Source: the human T2T-CHM13v2.0 reference genome, Homo sapiens
DNA: 64,000 bases
Direction: 5' to 3' (one strand)
Assembly: GCF_009914755.1 (NCBI RefSeq)
Contig: NC_060931.1
Within the stretch, counting starts at the first letter, position 1. Every line of letters starts with the position of its first letter. A model generated the notes under the pieces. That model had not been told where the DNA came from, did not search any database, and saw only the letters and a list, made by a program, of their open reading frames with translations. This document shows positions 16,541 through 30,083 of the stretch, piece by piece. The translations under genes and the position numbers were made by a program.

Positions 16541-17722
16541 CTTGTCTCTTTAACAACTATGCTTGAATAAAATATAAAGATGCCAAATGCTATGATTGAA
16601 AGGGCCCTGGAGACCCTTCCTTATAAACATAATCCCTGCTAACATGCCTCCTTGTAAGTCATTTTATATTAAGTCTCTGCCTGAGGAAGACCATTGTCAG
16701 ATGAAAATTCTTTAACTAGAAAGGTTAACACAGGAATAAACAGCCATCCATATATTTACACATATACTTCATCTATTTCTCAGCAATGGGCTAGATGAAG
16801 AAATGGGATTCTAAGTAGAGATATTTGGCAGCAGGGAGCAAGAAGAGCCAAAATCCCATAGAATTCTATGAAGGGCAGATCCCAGTGGGGGTACAGCCAT
16901 GGGGTTCAACAGACACTAGATTCTTGGCAGAGTTGTGACTACAGGTGGATGAGGAATAGAGCAGCCCTCAAGAGAAGAAGAGGGAGAAGTGGACCAACTC
17001 ACTCATAATTTCTCCTCATGTTAAATCTTCCATTTCCCAGGGAGGGAGCAGAAAACACTTGATAGTTTAGATCTCCTCAAATTAGAAGGAAGCCAATCCA
17101 GTGAGCAAAAGCCAAAAGGCAAAGCTTGGGCTTCAGTTTTTGTTTGTAATTGAAAAGGCACCAAAAAATAGCCACTGAGCTGTCAAAAGGAATGTGAAGG
17201 TCAGAATCATGTTTAACTGCAAATACAAATCAAATATACAGAGTTGACTCCAAGCTGGCTGAGAAGATAGGAAACTGACACCTATTCAGCCCACATACAT
17301 TGAAAAGCAAGCAGTGGTAGCCTTGCCTATAACAAAGATACTGTAAGAAATCCTGGCTTTTTAAAAAATTTTATTATTATTTTATTTTTTTAAAAAAACA
17401 TGCTGAGAACCTGCACTCCCAGGAAAATGAAGTATATGTAAATTTCTCTATTCCTCCCTGGAATAAAACCCTGGAGATGATACACGGACAGATGATAGAT
17501 AGATAAGAACTCTGAAAGATGCGGGGAAGAAGACAGACTAGCTAGAGACCTCAGGACCTCCTGGCAAAAAAACAGTGGTAAATCCCTTGAGTTTTCTTTT
17601 TGCTTCATATATCCCAGAGTAGAAGTTGAAGAAGCCAGCAACACAGAAAAAACAATGGGCACAGATCAGAATGAGCCCCAGGAAAAGCCTACTCTCTCTA
17701 ACCAAAGGACCAGGAAAGAAGC

Positions 17723-18204
17723 TGTGATGGTTAACACTGAGTGTCAACTTGATTGGATTGAAGGATGCAATATTGATCCTGGGTGTCTGTTAGGGCGTTG
17801 CCAAAGGAGATTAACATTTGAGTCAGTGGGCTGGGGAAGGCAGATCCACCCTTAATCAGGTGGGCACCATCTAATCAGCCGCCAGTAAATACAAAGCTGG
17901 CAGAAAAACGTGAAGTGATGATACGGTCCTAGCCTCCCAATCTACATGTTTCTCCCATGCTGGATGCTTCCTGCCCTCGAACATCAGACTCCAAGTTCTT
18001 CAGTTTTGGGACTCGGACTGGCTCTCCTTGCTCCTCAGCTTGCAGACAGCATATTGTGGGACCTTGTGATTGTGTAAGTTCGTACTTAATGAATACTTAA
18101 TAAACATGAATATATATAAAATAAACATTTATACATATATATACATATATATGTGTGTGTGTGTACATATATATATGTACGTATAGTCCGTACTGACTAA
18201 TACG
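17723..18204 (+). mobile_element. MLT2A1-type solo LTR (HERV-L)
   Basis: Starts TGTGATGGTTAACACTGAGTGTCAACTTGATTGGATTG and ends CTGACTAATAC(G). Perfect 5-bp TSD GAAGC at 17718-17722 and 18205-18209. Internal TA/TG microsatellite. Confidence 0.92.
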
Positions 18205-18818
18205 GAAGCCTAGCAAAAAGAAAATCTTTTAGAAAAAATTACCCCACTGCTCAAACACCCCAAATAAAATGGTGGACCCACCCTCATCCAGGCCAGCAAA
18301 GGCTAAATGAGGAGCCTATGCTTCCACCACCACCAAGCTATAAGGAGGCATCCCAACCTACCCCGACTCTCATCAGGGTGTTGTCAGGGAGAGCTGAATA
18401 AAGAGGCAGAACTTTTATCCCCACAGGGCAGTGCCAAGATTCACTCCCCATCATCACACCTGCTCACTCCCACCTTACCCTACTCTCTGTACTTTCCTCC
18501 TGATGAGGAGCAGCAACCAGCAGGGAAACCTAAATTTCTACCTCTTCTCAGCAGCATTACAAGGAGTAAAGACAGCAGACACAAATTACCAATATCATGA
18601 ATGAAACAGAGGATGTCACTATAGACTCTAAAGACAACAAAAGGGTTAGGAGGGTATACTACAGATGACTCTACACACATACATTTGAAAGCTTAGATAA
18701 AATGAACAATTCCTCAAAAAACAGAAACAATCACATCTCACCCAGCATGAAATAGATAATTTGAGTAATTCTATGGTTATTAAAGAATTTAAATTTGTAA
18801 GTTAAAATTTTCCAGAGG

Positions 18819-19107
18819 GGCTGAGAGCAGTGGCTCACACCTGTAATCCCAGCATTTTGGAGGGCCAAGGCTGGTGGATCACTTGAGGCCAGGAGTTCAC
18901 GACTAGCCTGGCCATCATGGTGAAACCCCATCTCTACTAAAAATACAAAAATTAGCTGGGTGTGGTGGCAGGCACCCATAATCCCAGCTACTCAGGAGAC
19001 TGAGGCAATAGACTCGCTAGGAGGCAGATGTTGCAGTGAGCCGAGATCGCACCATTGAACTCCAGCCTGGGCAACAGAGTGAGATTTCAAAAAAAAAAAA
19101 AAAAAAA
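18819..19107 (+). mobile_element. Alu (AluS-like)
   Basis: Dimeric Alu with A-rich linker and A19 tail. Confidence 0.95.
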
Positions 19108-21287
19108 TCCAAAAGAAAAAATAAAACCAAATCTATGTAATCTCTCCCAGAGAAGGGAAGCAAAGAGAATGCTTCCTAATTCATTTTATGAAGCTGGTAT
19201 TACCCTGATACCAAAATCAGACAAAAACATTAAAAAAGAGAGAAAACTACTGACCAATATTCCTCATAAATATTGATGCAAACATTATTAGGAAAATATT
19301 AGCCGATGGATTTTGGCCATATACAATGAGAATTATATACCATGACCAGGGAGTTTATTCCAGGAAAGCAAGGTTGGCTCACTAGTTGAAAATCAAAGTA
19401 ACCACCATCTTAACAGATTAAAGAAGGAAATCACGTTTGTGTCAAGAAATACAGAAAAATTATTTAACAAAATTCAGCACACATTCATGAGAAAAACCCA
19501 GAAAAACTGTAATAGAGGAGAACTTTCTCAGCTTCATAAAGAGTATCTTCAAACAACCTACAGCTAACATTATACTGAATGCTTTCATTCTAAAATCAGC
19601 AACAAGGCTAAGATGTCCACTCTCTTCTTATTCAGTATAGCACTGGAAGTTCTAGCAAGAAAAGAAAGAACAAATAAAAGGAGTAGAAATAAAAGTCCTA
19701 TAGATAGGAAAGGAGGAAGTCCAACTGCCCCTATTTGCAGGTAACATGAATATCTGCATGAAAGTTCCAAGGAATATATAAAAATACTTTTAGAACTAAT
19801 AAAGTGAGTTCAGCAGGGTCCCACAATACAAGATAAAATATAAAAATCAGACTTTATATATTAAAAAACCACATAATGAACCATAGACTTAAATGTAAAA
19901 CTATAAAAATGTTAGAAAAACACAGGAGACAATCTTTGAGATCTAGGGCTAAGCAAAGAGTGTTTAGATTTAACACCAAAAGCATGGTCCATTAAAAAAA
20001 ACTGATAAACTGTACTTGATCAAAATGAAAAACTTTTTTTTCTGCAAAAACCTCTCTTAAGGTGATTAAAAAACAAGCTTCAAGCTGAAAGAAAAATTGC
20101 AAACCACATATCTAGCAAGATACTAGTATCTAGAATAGATAAAGATTTCTCAAATCTCAATAGTAAAAAAAAAAATCCATTAAAAATTGGGCAAAACACA
20201 GAAGAGATTTGACCAGAAAGGATATACAGATACAAATAAGCACATGAAAAGATGTCAAAACCATTAGCCATTAAGGAAATTAAAATTGCACTGAAATATC
20301 ATTACATAACTATCAGAATGGCTAAAATAAAAAATAGTGACAACACAAAATTCAGAAAAGATAGAGAAACTGAATGACTCATTGCTGGCAGGAATGTAAA
20401 GTGGTACAATCACTCTAGAAAACAGTTTTGTAGTTTCTAAAAAACTAAAAATGTAATTTTCATATGATCCAGTAATTTCACTCCTAAGCATTTATTCCAG
20501 ATAAATAAAAACTTAAGTTCACATGAAAACCCACACATGAACATTCATAACAGCTGTATCCATGATAGCCAAAATTGGAAGCAATCTAGATGTCCTTCAA
20601 CAAATGAATGGTTGAAAAACTGTGGTATATTCATACGAAGGAAAACTATTCAGATACATTCAACAACCTGAATAAATTTCTAGATACTTATGCTGAGTGA
20701 AAAAGCCAATTCTAAGGTTATAATCAGTTTAATTCCATTTATATAGGATTTTTGACAGGACAAAATTATAGACATGAAAACAAATTAGTGATTGCCAGGA
20801 GGTAAGGAGGAGGTGAGAGTGAGAGGGAAGTGAGCATGTCTGTAAAAGAGCAATAGGAGGGATCCTTGTGGTGATGAAGACATCCTGTATCTTGACTATA
20901 TCAATGTCAATCTCATGCCTGTGGTACTATAGTTTTGCAAGATGTTGCCATTGGGGAAAACTGGGTAAAGGCTAAAGATGATCCCTCTGTATTATTTCTT
21001 ACAACTTCGTGCTAATCTACAATTATCTCAAAATAGAAAATTTAATTAAAAAGTCAAAACAAAAGTGTGCTGTTTCTCTGCCTAAGGGGACTGGAGAAAT
21101 TACACGGGGGCCCAGAAAATAAGAAAGCAAGAGCCCACTCAATCCTGGCTAAGGAATTAGAAACAAAGAAGAAACTAGGAAGCAAGACAAGATTTCCTTC
21201 TTATGACTCGGTAGAGCTGACAGTTGAGCCCGACGTGGAAGGTTAGGTGGTTGGGTTATGGTCAACTGCCATTTGCCATATGCTCAC

Positions 21288-21354
21288 TGTATTAGTCAGG
21301 GTTTTGTACAAAACCAGCAAGATGTGTACATAGACAGAGACATTTATTTTAAGG

Positions 21355-21356
<2 letters not shown>
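21288..21356 (-). mobile_element. MLT2 LTR terminal fragment
   Basis: TGTATTAGTCAGGGTT…AAAACCAGCAAGATG…ATTTATTTTAAGGA. Confidence 0.55.

Positions 21357-21390
<34 letters not shown>
21357..21390. repeat. (GT)17 microsatellite
   Basis: Perfect dinucleotide run. Confidence 0.98.
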
Positions 21391-21392
<2 letters not shown>

Positions 21393-23010
21393 ATTCAAGC
21401 AAGTCAAGTTTTAAAAACTAGGAAAAAAAACCATGACTCACCTGGTGGGAAAAGATAGTTATAACCATCAGACAAGGCATCCTATGCTTCCATGCTGTCT
21501 TTAACACTAGCAGAAAAAGTAACTTAAAAACTCTGCTGCAAGATGACTGGCTGTTTTCTAAACTATCTGAAGTTCTCTCAGGCCATCTGTGGGATAACTC
21601 CATTTTATTTTCTCTTCTATAAATATTTTAGGTGTAATCTCACATGCCACAATTTGTTTGTCACATGTGTCACCTGGGTATGATGGTTTGATTCATAAAT
21701 TTCTCTTATTCTCTGCTAATTTTCCTCTCTCTCCTGTTCACCCCCAAATCTCAAGCTTCTCTTTTAACTCATAAGACATTTTAAAGATCCATGATCTAAG
21801 CCAGAGAGGCTGGTCTAATTGAACAGCATTGTCAAAAAAAGGGCTAATATTATATCTCCAAAAAATTACATAGTTTTTATTATTAGAATGCTTTTCTCCA
21901 TATGATACTTTAAAATCAGAGTTGTTTACATTTTCTTATATATTTACATATTTTAACACTTCAAGACTTTAAAAAGTTTGAGCTTAGAATGGACTCACTT
22001 GAAATGCTTCTGTAAATTAAACACAATATGAAATAAATACACCCTGAAATGTCATGATGGCTTTGTTCACCTTTGCATTTGGTTGAAGAGACTGAACACA
22101 AAAATCTGAAGCAGAGCATTGCTTTTGGAACATAGCTTACTTGGTCCAAATTGCCAGGAGTGCACCAACACGTACAAGACTCTTAATGCAAACCAGGAAC
22201 AGATGGCCTATCCTGACAGAAAAATTACACACAGAGGCCCCTTCCTCTGCACGGCCTCTTGGAGCTGGAAGTAACTTGTAGGTGTTGGTCCTGGAGGAAA
22301 GGAAGATTTTCCATTTTTGAGGGCTGAATGGGTGGTAGGATGCAGCAAATCTTTCACTACTTCTTGAGAAAAAAGTCACATACGCTAGACCCTTAAATAT
22401 TCTGGTCCAGTACACTTTGAAGTTTCTCACCCAGCATCACATATCATCATCCTGAACATGTCCTTGTTAGTTTCTCTATCCAGTTTTACATGCTCATTTT
22501 GGTCCTTTCCACCGCACCCCCCTTCCGAAATAGTTCTTCCACACTTATCATGGTTCTACTACACTTATCATGGTGCTACTTCTTCATGTGGTGTTATCCC
22601 CTCCCTGTGTGCTCAGCTTTGCCAGTCTTTCTAAGCTGTCTATTGGCCTTTTCTGTATCTTTCCCTGTGGGTTAGATTTTCAAGGCCATTGGTCATGTCT
22701 GCTACTTATCTCTGAACTCCTTCCATTTTGCCTACACTTCTCAGGTAGTGAGCTGCTCACCAGAGTATAACAGAAGGAACACACAGTCTCCCAAGATTAT
22801 GATGGAATTCTTGGGGTATGCTATTTAGTAATTTTAAAAAATTAATTTCCCATTTAAGATTTGAATATAATTTTATGTCTATGAATAACTTTAGTTGTAT
22901 TTCTTCTCCCTGGATCTATCTTTCTAGTTCAAGAAGTTATTCGTGAAAGTATTTCTCCAACTGTATTAGCTTTAGTTTTTAGAAAGTGTCCTATTATTTG
23001 TATCATTTAC

Positions 23011-23319
23011 TTTTTTTCTTTTTTCTTTTTTTTTTTTTTTGAGGCAGAGTCTCACTCTGTCACCCAGGCTGGAGTGCAGTCATGCAATCTTGGCTCACTG
23101 CAACCTCCGCCTCTTAGGCTTAAGCCATCCTCCCACCTCAGCCTCCTGAGTAGCTGGGAATACAGGTGGGTGCCATCAGGCCTGGCTAATGTTTGTATTT
23201 TTAGTAGAGATGGAGTTTTGCCATGTTGCCCAGGCTGGTCTCAAATTCCTGAGCTCAAGTGGTCTGCTTGCCTGGGCCTCCCAAAGTGCTAGGATTACAG
23301 GCATGAACCACCGTGCCTG
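23011..23319 (-). mobile_element. Alu (AluJ-like)
   Basis: Poly(T) followed by a diverged antisense Alu (GGCTTAAGCCATCCTCCCACCTCAGCC). Confidence 0.93.
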
Positions 23320-24145
23320 TAAAATTAAAATTTTTTAAAATTATCTTTTAAAGGTAATTTTTGTCCTAATTCAAGATTGATAAATATCATGTTCAATATC
23401 CTAAAATGAACAATTTACAATTTTTTGTAAAAACATGTAAAGATGTAAAAATACATCTTTAAAAAGATGTATTTTTCAACCTGAACCTGACCAAAAATTT
23501 TGCATAAATGAAAATTAAAAAGTACTTTTTAAAATGCAAAATCTTTCAAGTACCCTATTAGAAATCTGTTTAGAGAATGCCAAACTAAATCTATTTACAT
23601 AACAAATCCCTACAAATTGCTTTTTAAAAGCAGGATTAAGGTGCATTATAATTAACCTTTTGCTTTAACACAGCATCAAAATAACAAAGTACTTTGCAAA
23701 TTACGTAGTTTTCTAGTTTGTCAGGGGAAAAATGTTCTCAAGTGTGTCTTATATAAGAATGATTATTCCAGACTATTTGAATTATAGAAGTACATATAAT
23801 TTTAGAATTTTTAGGAAATGTGAAGTAAGCAATAAAAAGAATCTTCAAATAATATTATTAATTCAAATGTATATATTCATAGCAATTTTTTTTTTAAGAA
23901 TAAGACATATCACTCTATGTGAGGTAGTAAATACCAAAACAAACAAAATTCACTGGTTTTGTCAAAGAACAAAATAAAACCAATCGAAACAAAACTCTTC
24001 TTGTCCATCCAGGCAGCTGAGGAAGGCAGGAAGGCAGGTAAGGTCAGTTCACTGAAAATCAAATGTTTTACCAAAAGCAAAGAACCATTTATTAAAAAAA
24101 GTCTTGTGACCACCAAAAGAACTACCATAAACAAGAAGCTGTCAT

Positions 24146-24250
24146 GGCCACGTGTGCCTGTAATCCTAGCACTTTGGGAGGCCAAGGTGGGCAGATAACT
24201 AGAGCTGAGGAGTTCAAGGGCACCCTGGGCAACATGGGGAGGATTATGCC
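24146..24250 (+). mobile_element. Alu monomer (FLAM-like)
   Basis: GCCTGTAATCCTAGCACTTTGGGAGGCCAAGG…CTGGGCAACATGG. No second arm. Confidence 0.85.
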
Positions 24251-24253
24251 ATG

Positions 24254-24254
<1 letters not shown>

Positions 24255-24294
<40 letters not shown>
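24255..24294. repeat. (TG)20 microsatellite
   Basis: Perfect dinucleotide run. Confidence 0.98.
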
Positions 24295-24296
<2 letters not shown>

Positions 24297-25519
24297 TCGA
24301 GCAGATTCTGGCTGCCCCAGACTCACTAATGCTGCCTCCTGGTTGTATGTTCTCCAGGAGATAGTTTTGGATCCTTCATCTATTATAAAATGCATTTTGT
24401 GTGATTTTCTTCCTTTTGCATTATATTGCATGTTATCAATTTAAGGAAATAATCCTTTGGAATTGTTAAAAAAACAAATAGGAAGCTGTGATGTGACAAT
24501 GAAAAATTGCTGGGTCTTAAAACATTTGTAAATTGTGGATTTTAGGATATTGAACATGATATTTATCAACCTTGAATAAGGACAAAAATTATTCATAGAA
24601 GAGAGAATACACTAAACAAATGTTGTCTACTTGTATCTGACAGGAAAGGTTTTCCTCTTTTTAAAAAGATAAATCATAGGTCCAGCCCTGCCAAAGAGCA
24701 ACACTGAATCATTGCACGTAACTGAAGCATTGACTTGTTTTTCACCTGAAAGTTTTCAGAATATGCTATGTTTATTACCAAATGGTAGAGCAGGTATAAT
24801 AAAAATAGACACCAACCATCCTCCTAGGAAAGACTTGAGTAGAAAGTAATGTGATTCTCAATGCCTTTCACACAAAAGACACATATGGTAATTAGTTTAT
24901 TCTCCTCATGTACGGTGTAAATAGCAAAATGTGACTGAGTGGTTATTGTAGGCACTCTTTCCTTAGAAAGAGTTTCATTAGAGTTTGAAAGTATTTCTGG
25001 GAAAACATCAAGCAAAATATTCCATGTTGCTAACTGTAATGTATGTAAATGGGGTTTTCCACCTTTTGGTGACTCATCTTGACTTGATCCTTAATCAGAA
25101 TTAGAAAATTCCTAAATTTATATGTGGAGGAAAGATGCTTTGGGGCTCCCCTCCCCAGTAAACTAATACTTAATGTAATCCCGACTTCAGAATTGTTATC
25201 AACCAGGGGTCTTAGTTGGTCCTGAAAGATCTAACTTGTGTTGTAATAGGACTGGGACTATGAGGAATAAGATGTAGGATCCAGAAAAGGAAGATTTTCT
25301 GGACTGACATAAATATCTAAAATACCTGAATGTTGTACTTCAAAAGTAACTTGAAGCAATTTTTAGTGAAACATACCGACATATTTAAAAAATAAATCAG
25401 ACATATATGAGGAGGGAAAAAACTCTACCAGGTTTCATTTCCCAGAGAATTACTGATATAATACAAAAGCATTTGTCTAATCTTCCTGGCAGCTGAAGAG
25501 GAAAGGCAAATAGGGCATG

Positions 25520-28500
25520 TTATTTCCACACCCCGACCTCGTATTTCTGCGCCCCGACCCCTTCTCTGCTTTTCTGGAGGGCAAGAACCCCCCACCCCTT
25601 CTCCATGTCTCTACTCTTTTCTCTGGGCTTGCCTCCTTCACTATGGGCAAGCTTCCACCTTCCATTCCTCCTTCTTCTCCCTTAGCCTGTGTTCTTAAGA
25701 ACTTAAAACCTCTTCAACTCTCACCTGACCTAAAATCTAAGCGTCTTATTTTCTTCTGCAATGCCCCTTGACCCCAGTACAAACTCGACAGTAGTTCTAA
25801 ATAGCCAGAAAACAGCACTTTCAATTTTTCCATCCTACAAGATCTAAATAATTCTTGTCGTAAAATGGGCAAATGGTCTGAGGTGCCTGACGTCCAGGCA
25901 TTCTTTTACACATTGGTCTCTCCCTAGTCTCTGTGCCCAGTGGGACTCGTCCCAAATCTTCCTTCTTTCCCTCCCGCCTGTCCCCTCAGTCCTAACCCCA
26001 AGCGTCGCTGAGTCTTTCTAATCTTCCTTTTCTACAGACCCACCTGACCTCTCCCCTCCTCCCCAGGCTGCTCCTCGCCAGGCCGAGCTAGGTTCCAATT
26101 CTTCCTCAGCCTGTCTCCACCCTATAATCTTTTTATCACCTCCCCTCCTCACACCTGGTCCGGCTTACAGTTTCGTTCCGTGACTAGCCCTCCCCTACCT
26201 GCCCAGCAATTTACTCTTAAAAAGGTGGCTGGAGCTAAAGGCATAGTCAAGGTTAATGCTCCTTTTTCTTTATCCCAAATCAGAAGCGTTTAGGCTCTTT
26301 TTCATCAAATATAAAAATCCAGCCCAGTTCATGACTCGTTTGGCAGCAACCCTGAGACACTTTACAGCCCTAGACCCTAAAAGGTCAAAAGGCTGTCTTA
26401 TTCTTAAAATACATTTTATTATCCAATCTGCTCCTGACATTAAATGAAACTCCAAAAATTAAATTCTGGCCCTCAAACCCCACAACAGGATTTAATTAAC
26501 CTCACCTTCAAGGTTACAATAATAGAAAAAAGTTGCAATTTCTTGCCTCCACTATGAGACAAACCCCAGCCACATCTCCAGCACATAAGAACTTCCAAAC
26601 GCCTGAACCGCAGTGGCCAGGCATTCCTCCAGAACCTCCTCCCCCAGGAGCTTGCTGCAAGTGCCAGAAATCTGACCACTGGGCCAAGGAATGCCCGCAG
26701 CCCAGGATTCCTCCTAAGCCGTGACCCATCTGTGTGGGACCCCACTGAAAATTGGACTGTTCAACTCACCTGGCAGCCACTTCTAGAGCCCCTGGAACTC
26801 CGGCCCAAGGCTCTCTGACTGACTCCTTCCCAGATCGTCTTGGCTTAGCGGCTGAAGACTGACGCTGCCCAATCGCCTCAGAAGCCCCCTAGACCATCAC
26901 GGACGCCGAGCTTTGGGTAACTCTCACAGTGGAGGGTAAGTCTGTCCCCGTCTTAATCAATACCGAGGCTACTCACTCCACATTACCTTATTTTAAACGG
27001 CCTGTTTCCCTTGCCTCCATAACTGCTGTGGGTATTGACGGCCAGGCTTCTAAACCTCTTAAAACTCCCCAACTCCGGTGCTAACTTAGACAATACTCTT
27101 TTAAGCACTCCTTTTTAGTTATCCCCACCTGCCCAGTTCCCTTATTAGGCTGAGACACTTTAACTAAATTATCTGCTTCCCTGACTATTCCTGGATTACA
27201 GCTGCATCTCATTGCTGCCCTTCTTCCCAATCCAAAGCCTCCTTTGCGTCCTCCTCTTGTATTCCCCCACCTTAACCCACAAGTATAAAATACCTCTACT
27301 CCCTCCTTGGCGATCGATCATGCACCCCTTACCATCTCATTAAAACCTAATCACCTTTACCCCACTCAATGCCAATATCCCATCCCACAGCATGCTTTGA
27401 AAGGATGAAAGCCTGTTATCACTCGCCTGCTATAGCATGGCCTTCTAAAACCTATAAACTCCCTTTACGATGTCCCCATTTCACCTGTTCTAAAACCAGA
27501 CAAGGCTTACAGGTTAGTTCAACATCTGCGCCTTAGCAACCAAATTGTTTTGCCTATCCACCCTGTGGTGCCAAACCCATATACTCTCCTATCCTCAATA
27601 ACTCCCTCCACAATCCATTATTCTGTTCTAGATCTCAAACATGCTTTTTTTACTATTCCTTTGCACCCTTCATCCCAGCCTCTCTCTGCTTTCACTTGGA
27701 CTGACCCTGACACCCATCAGGCTCAGCAAATTACCTGGGCTGTACTGCTGCAAGTCTTCACAGACAGCCCCCATTACTTCAGTCAAGCCCAAATTTCTTC
27801 CTTATCTGTTACCTATCTCGGCATAATTCTCATAAAAACACATGTGCTCTCCCTGCTGATTGTGTCCGATTAATCTCCCAAACCTCAATCCCTTACAAAA
27901 CAACAACTCCTTTCCTTCCTAGGCATGGTTAGTGTGGTCAGAATTCTTACACAAGAGGCAGGACTGCACCCTGTAGCCTTTCTGTCCAAACAACTTGACC
28001 TTACTGTTTTAGCCTAGCCATCATGTCTCCGTGCAGTGGCTGCTGCCGCTCTAATACTTTTAGAGGCCCTCAAAATCACAAACTATGCTCAATTCACTCT
28101 CCACATTTCTCATAACTTCCAAAATCTATTTTCTTTCTCATACCTGATGCATATGCTTTCTGCTCCCCGGCTCCTTCAGCTGTACTCACTCTTTGTTAAG
28201 TCCCACAATTACCGTTGTTCCTGGCCCATACTTCAATCCGGCCTCCCACATTATTCCTGATACCACACCTGACCTCCATGACTGTATATCTCTGATCCAC
28301 CTGACATTCACCCCATTTCCCCATATTTCCTTCTTTCCTGTTCCTCACCCTGATCACGCTTGATTTATTGATGGCAGTTCCACCAGGCCTAATTGCCACA
28401 CACCAGCAAAGGCAGGCTATGCCAGGCACAAGCCACTAGCCCACCTCTTAGAACCTCTCATTTTCTTTCCATCGTGGAAATCTATCCTCAAGGAAATAAC

Positions 28501-29668
28501 TTCTCAGTGTTCCATCTGCTATTCTACTACTCCTCAGGGATTATTCAGGCCCTCTCCCTTCCCTACACTTCAAGCTCGAGGATTTGCCCCCACCCAGGAC
28601 TGGCAAATAAGCTTTACTCAACATGCCCTGAGTCAGATAACTAAAATACCTCTTAGTCTAGGTAGACACTTTCACTGGATAGGTACAGGCCTTTCCTACA
28701 GGGTCTGAGAAGGCCACCGCAGTCATTTCTTCCCTTCTGTCAGGCATAATTCCTCAGTTTAGCCTTCCCACCTCTATACAGTCTGATAGCAGACCAGCCT
28801 TTATTAGTCAAATCAGCCAAGCAGTTTTTCAGGCTCTTAGTATTCAGTGAAACCTTTATATCCCTTACGGTCCTCCGTCTTCAAGAAAAGTAGAACGGAC
28901 TAAAGGTCTTTTAAAAACACACCTCACCAAGCTCAGCCACCAACTTAAAAAGGACTGGACAATACTTACCACTTTCACTTCTCAGAATTCAGGTCTGTCC
29001 TCGGAATGCTACAAGGTACAGCCCATTTGAGCTCCTTTTAATTAGGCCCCAGTCTCATTCCAGACATCAGACCAACTTGGACTGTGCCCCAGAAAACTTG
29101 TCATCCCTACTATCTTCTGTCTAGTCATACTCCTATTCACCATTCTCAACTACTCATACATGCCCTGCTCTTGTTTACACTGACAGTTTACACTGTTTCT
29201 CCAAGCCAGCACAGCTGATATCTCCTGGTGCTATCCCCAAACTGCCACTCTTAACTCTTGAAGTAAATAAATAATCTTTGTTGGCAGGACTATGCTGAAT
29301 CTCCTTAGGCACTCTCTAATCAGATGTCCTGAGTTGTCCCAATTCTTAGACCTTTTATACCTGTTTTTCTCCTTCTCTTATTCCATTTAGTTTTTCAATT
29401 CATACAAAATTGTATCCAGGCCATCACCAATAATTCTAAATGACAAATGTTTCTTCTAACAACCCCACAATATCACCCCTTACCACAAAATCTTCCTTCA
29501 GCTTAATCTCTCCCACTCTAGGTTCCCACGCCGCCCCAATCCCGCTAAAAGCAGCCCTGAGAAACATCGCCCATTATCTCTCCATAGCACCCCCAAAAAA
29601 TTTTTCACCATCCCAACACTTTACCACTATTTCATTTTATTTTTCTTATTAATATAAGAAGACAGGAA
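25520..29668 (+). mobile_element. HERV-H internal region (defective gag-pro-pol, deleted env), 5' LTR and PBS missing
   Basis: C-rich HERV-H leader. Gag zinc knuckle CCKCQKSDHWAKEC (ORF 26533-26724). RT fragment PNPYTLLS…YSVLDLKHAFFTIPLHP…FTWTDPD (ORF 27550-27873). RNase H/integrase remnants and a PPT AAGAAGACAGGAA before the LTR. Many stops. Confidence 0.95.
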
Positions 29669-30083
29669 TGTCAGGCCTCTGAGCCCAAGCTAAGCCATCA
29701 TATCCCCTGTGACCTGCACGTACACATCCAGATGGCCGGTTCCTGCCTTAACTGATGACATTCCACCACAAAAAGAAGTGAAAATGGCCTGTTTCTGCCT
29801 TAACTGATGACATTGTCTTGTGAAATTCCTTCTCCTGGCTCATCCTGGCTCAAAAGCTCCCCCACTGAGTACCTTGTGACCGCCACTCCTGCCCGCCAGA
29901 GAACAACCCCCCTTTGACTGTAATTTTCCTATACCTACCCAAATCCTATAAAACGGCCCCACCCCTATCTCCCCTTGCTGACTCTCTTTTCGGACTCAGC
30001 CCGCCTGCACCCAGGTGAAATAAACAGCCATGTTGCTGACAAAAAGCCTGTTTGGTGGTCTCTTCACACGGACGCGAGTGAAA
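29669..30083 (+). mobile_element. LTR7 (HERV-H 3' LTR), complete
   Basis: TGTCAGGCCTCTGAGCCCAAGCTAAGCC start. Duplicated CTGCCTTAACTGATGACATT. TATAAAA at 29947, AATAAA at 30019, end CTCTTCACACGGACGCGAGTGAAA. Confidence 0.96.

Larger units (their letters stand above)
17400..21052 (+). mobile_element. Old L1MC-type element (5' region, internally deleted ORF2, 3'UTR), interrupted by MLT2A and Alu
   Basis: ORF2 remnants such as LPNSFYEAGITLIPK in ORF 19055-19276. L1MC-like 3' end AATCTACAATTATCTCAAAATAGAAAATTTAATTAAAAA. Confidence 0.85.

Noticed and set aside
23910-24444. ORFs with HTHT/CVCV runs
   Set aside because: Translations of the (TG)20 microsatellite and the Alu monomer.
26256-28644. 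HERV-H gag/pro/pol ORFs as functional proteins
   Set aside because: Multiple stops, frameshifts and deletions. The second zinc knuckle is broken by TGA and the protease active-site motif reads NTE.
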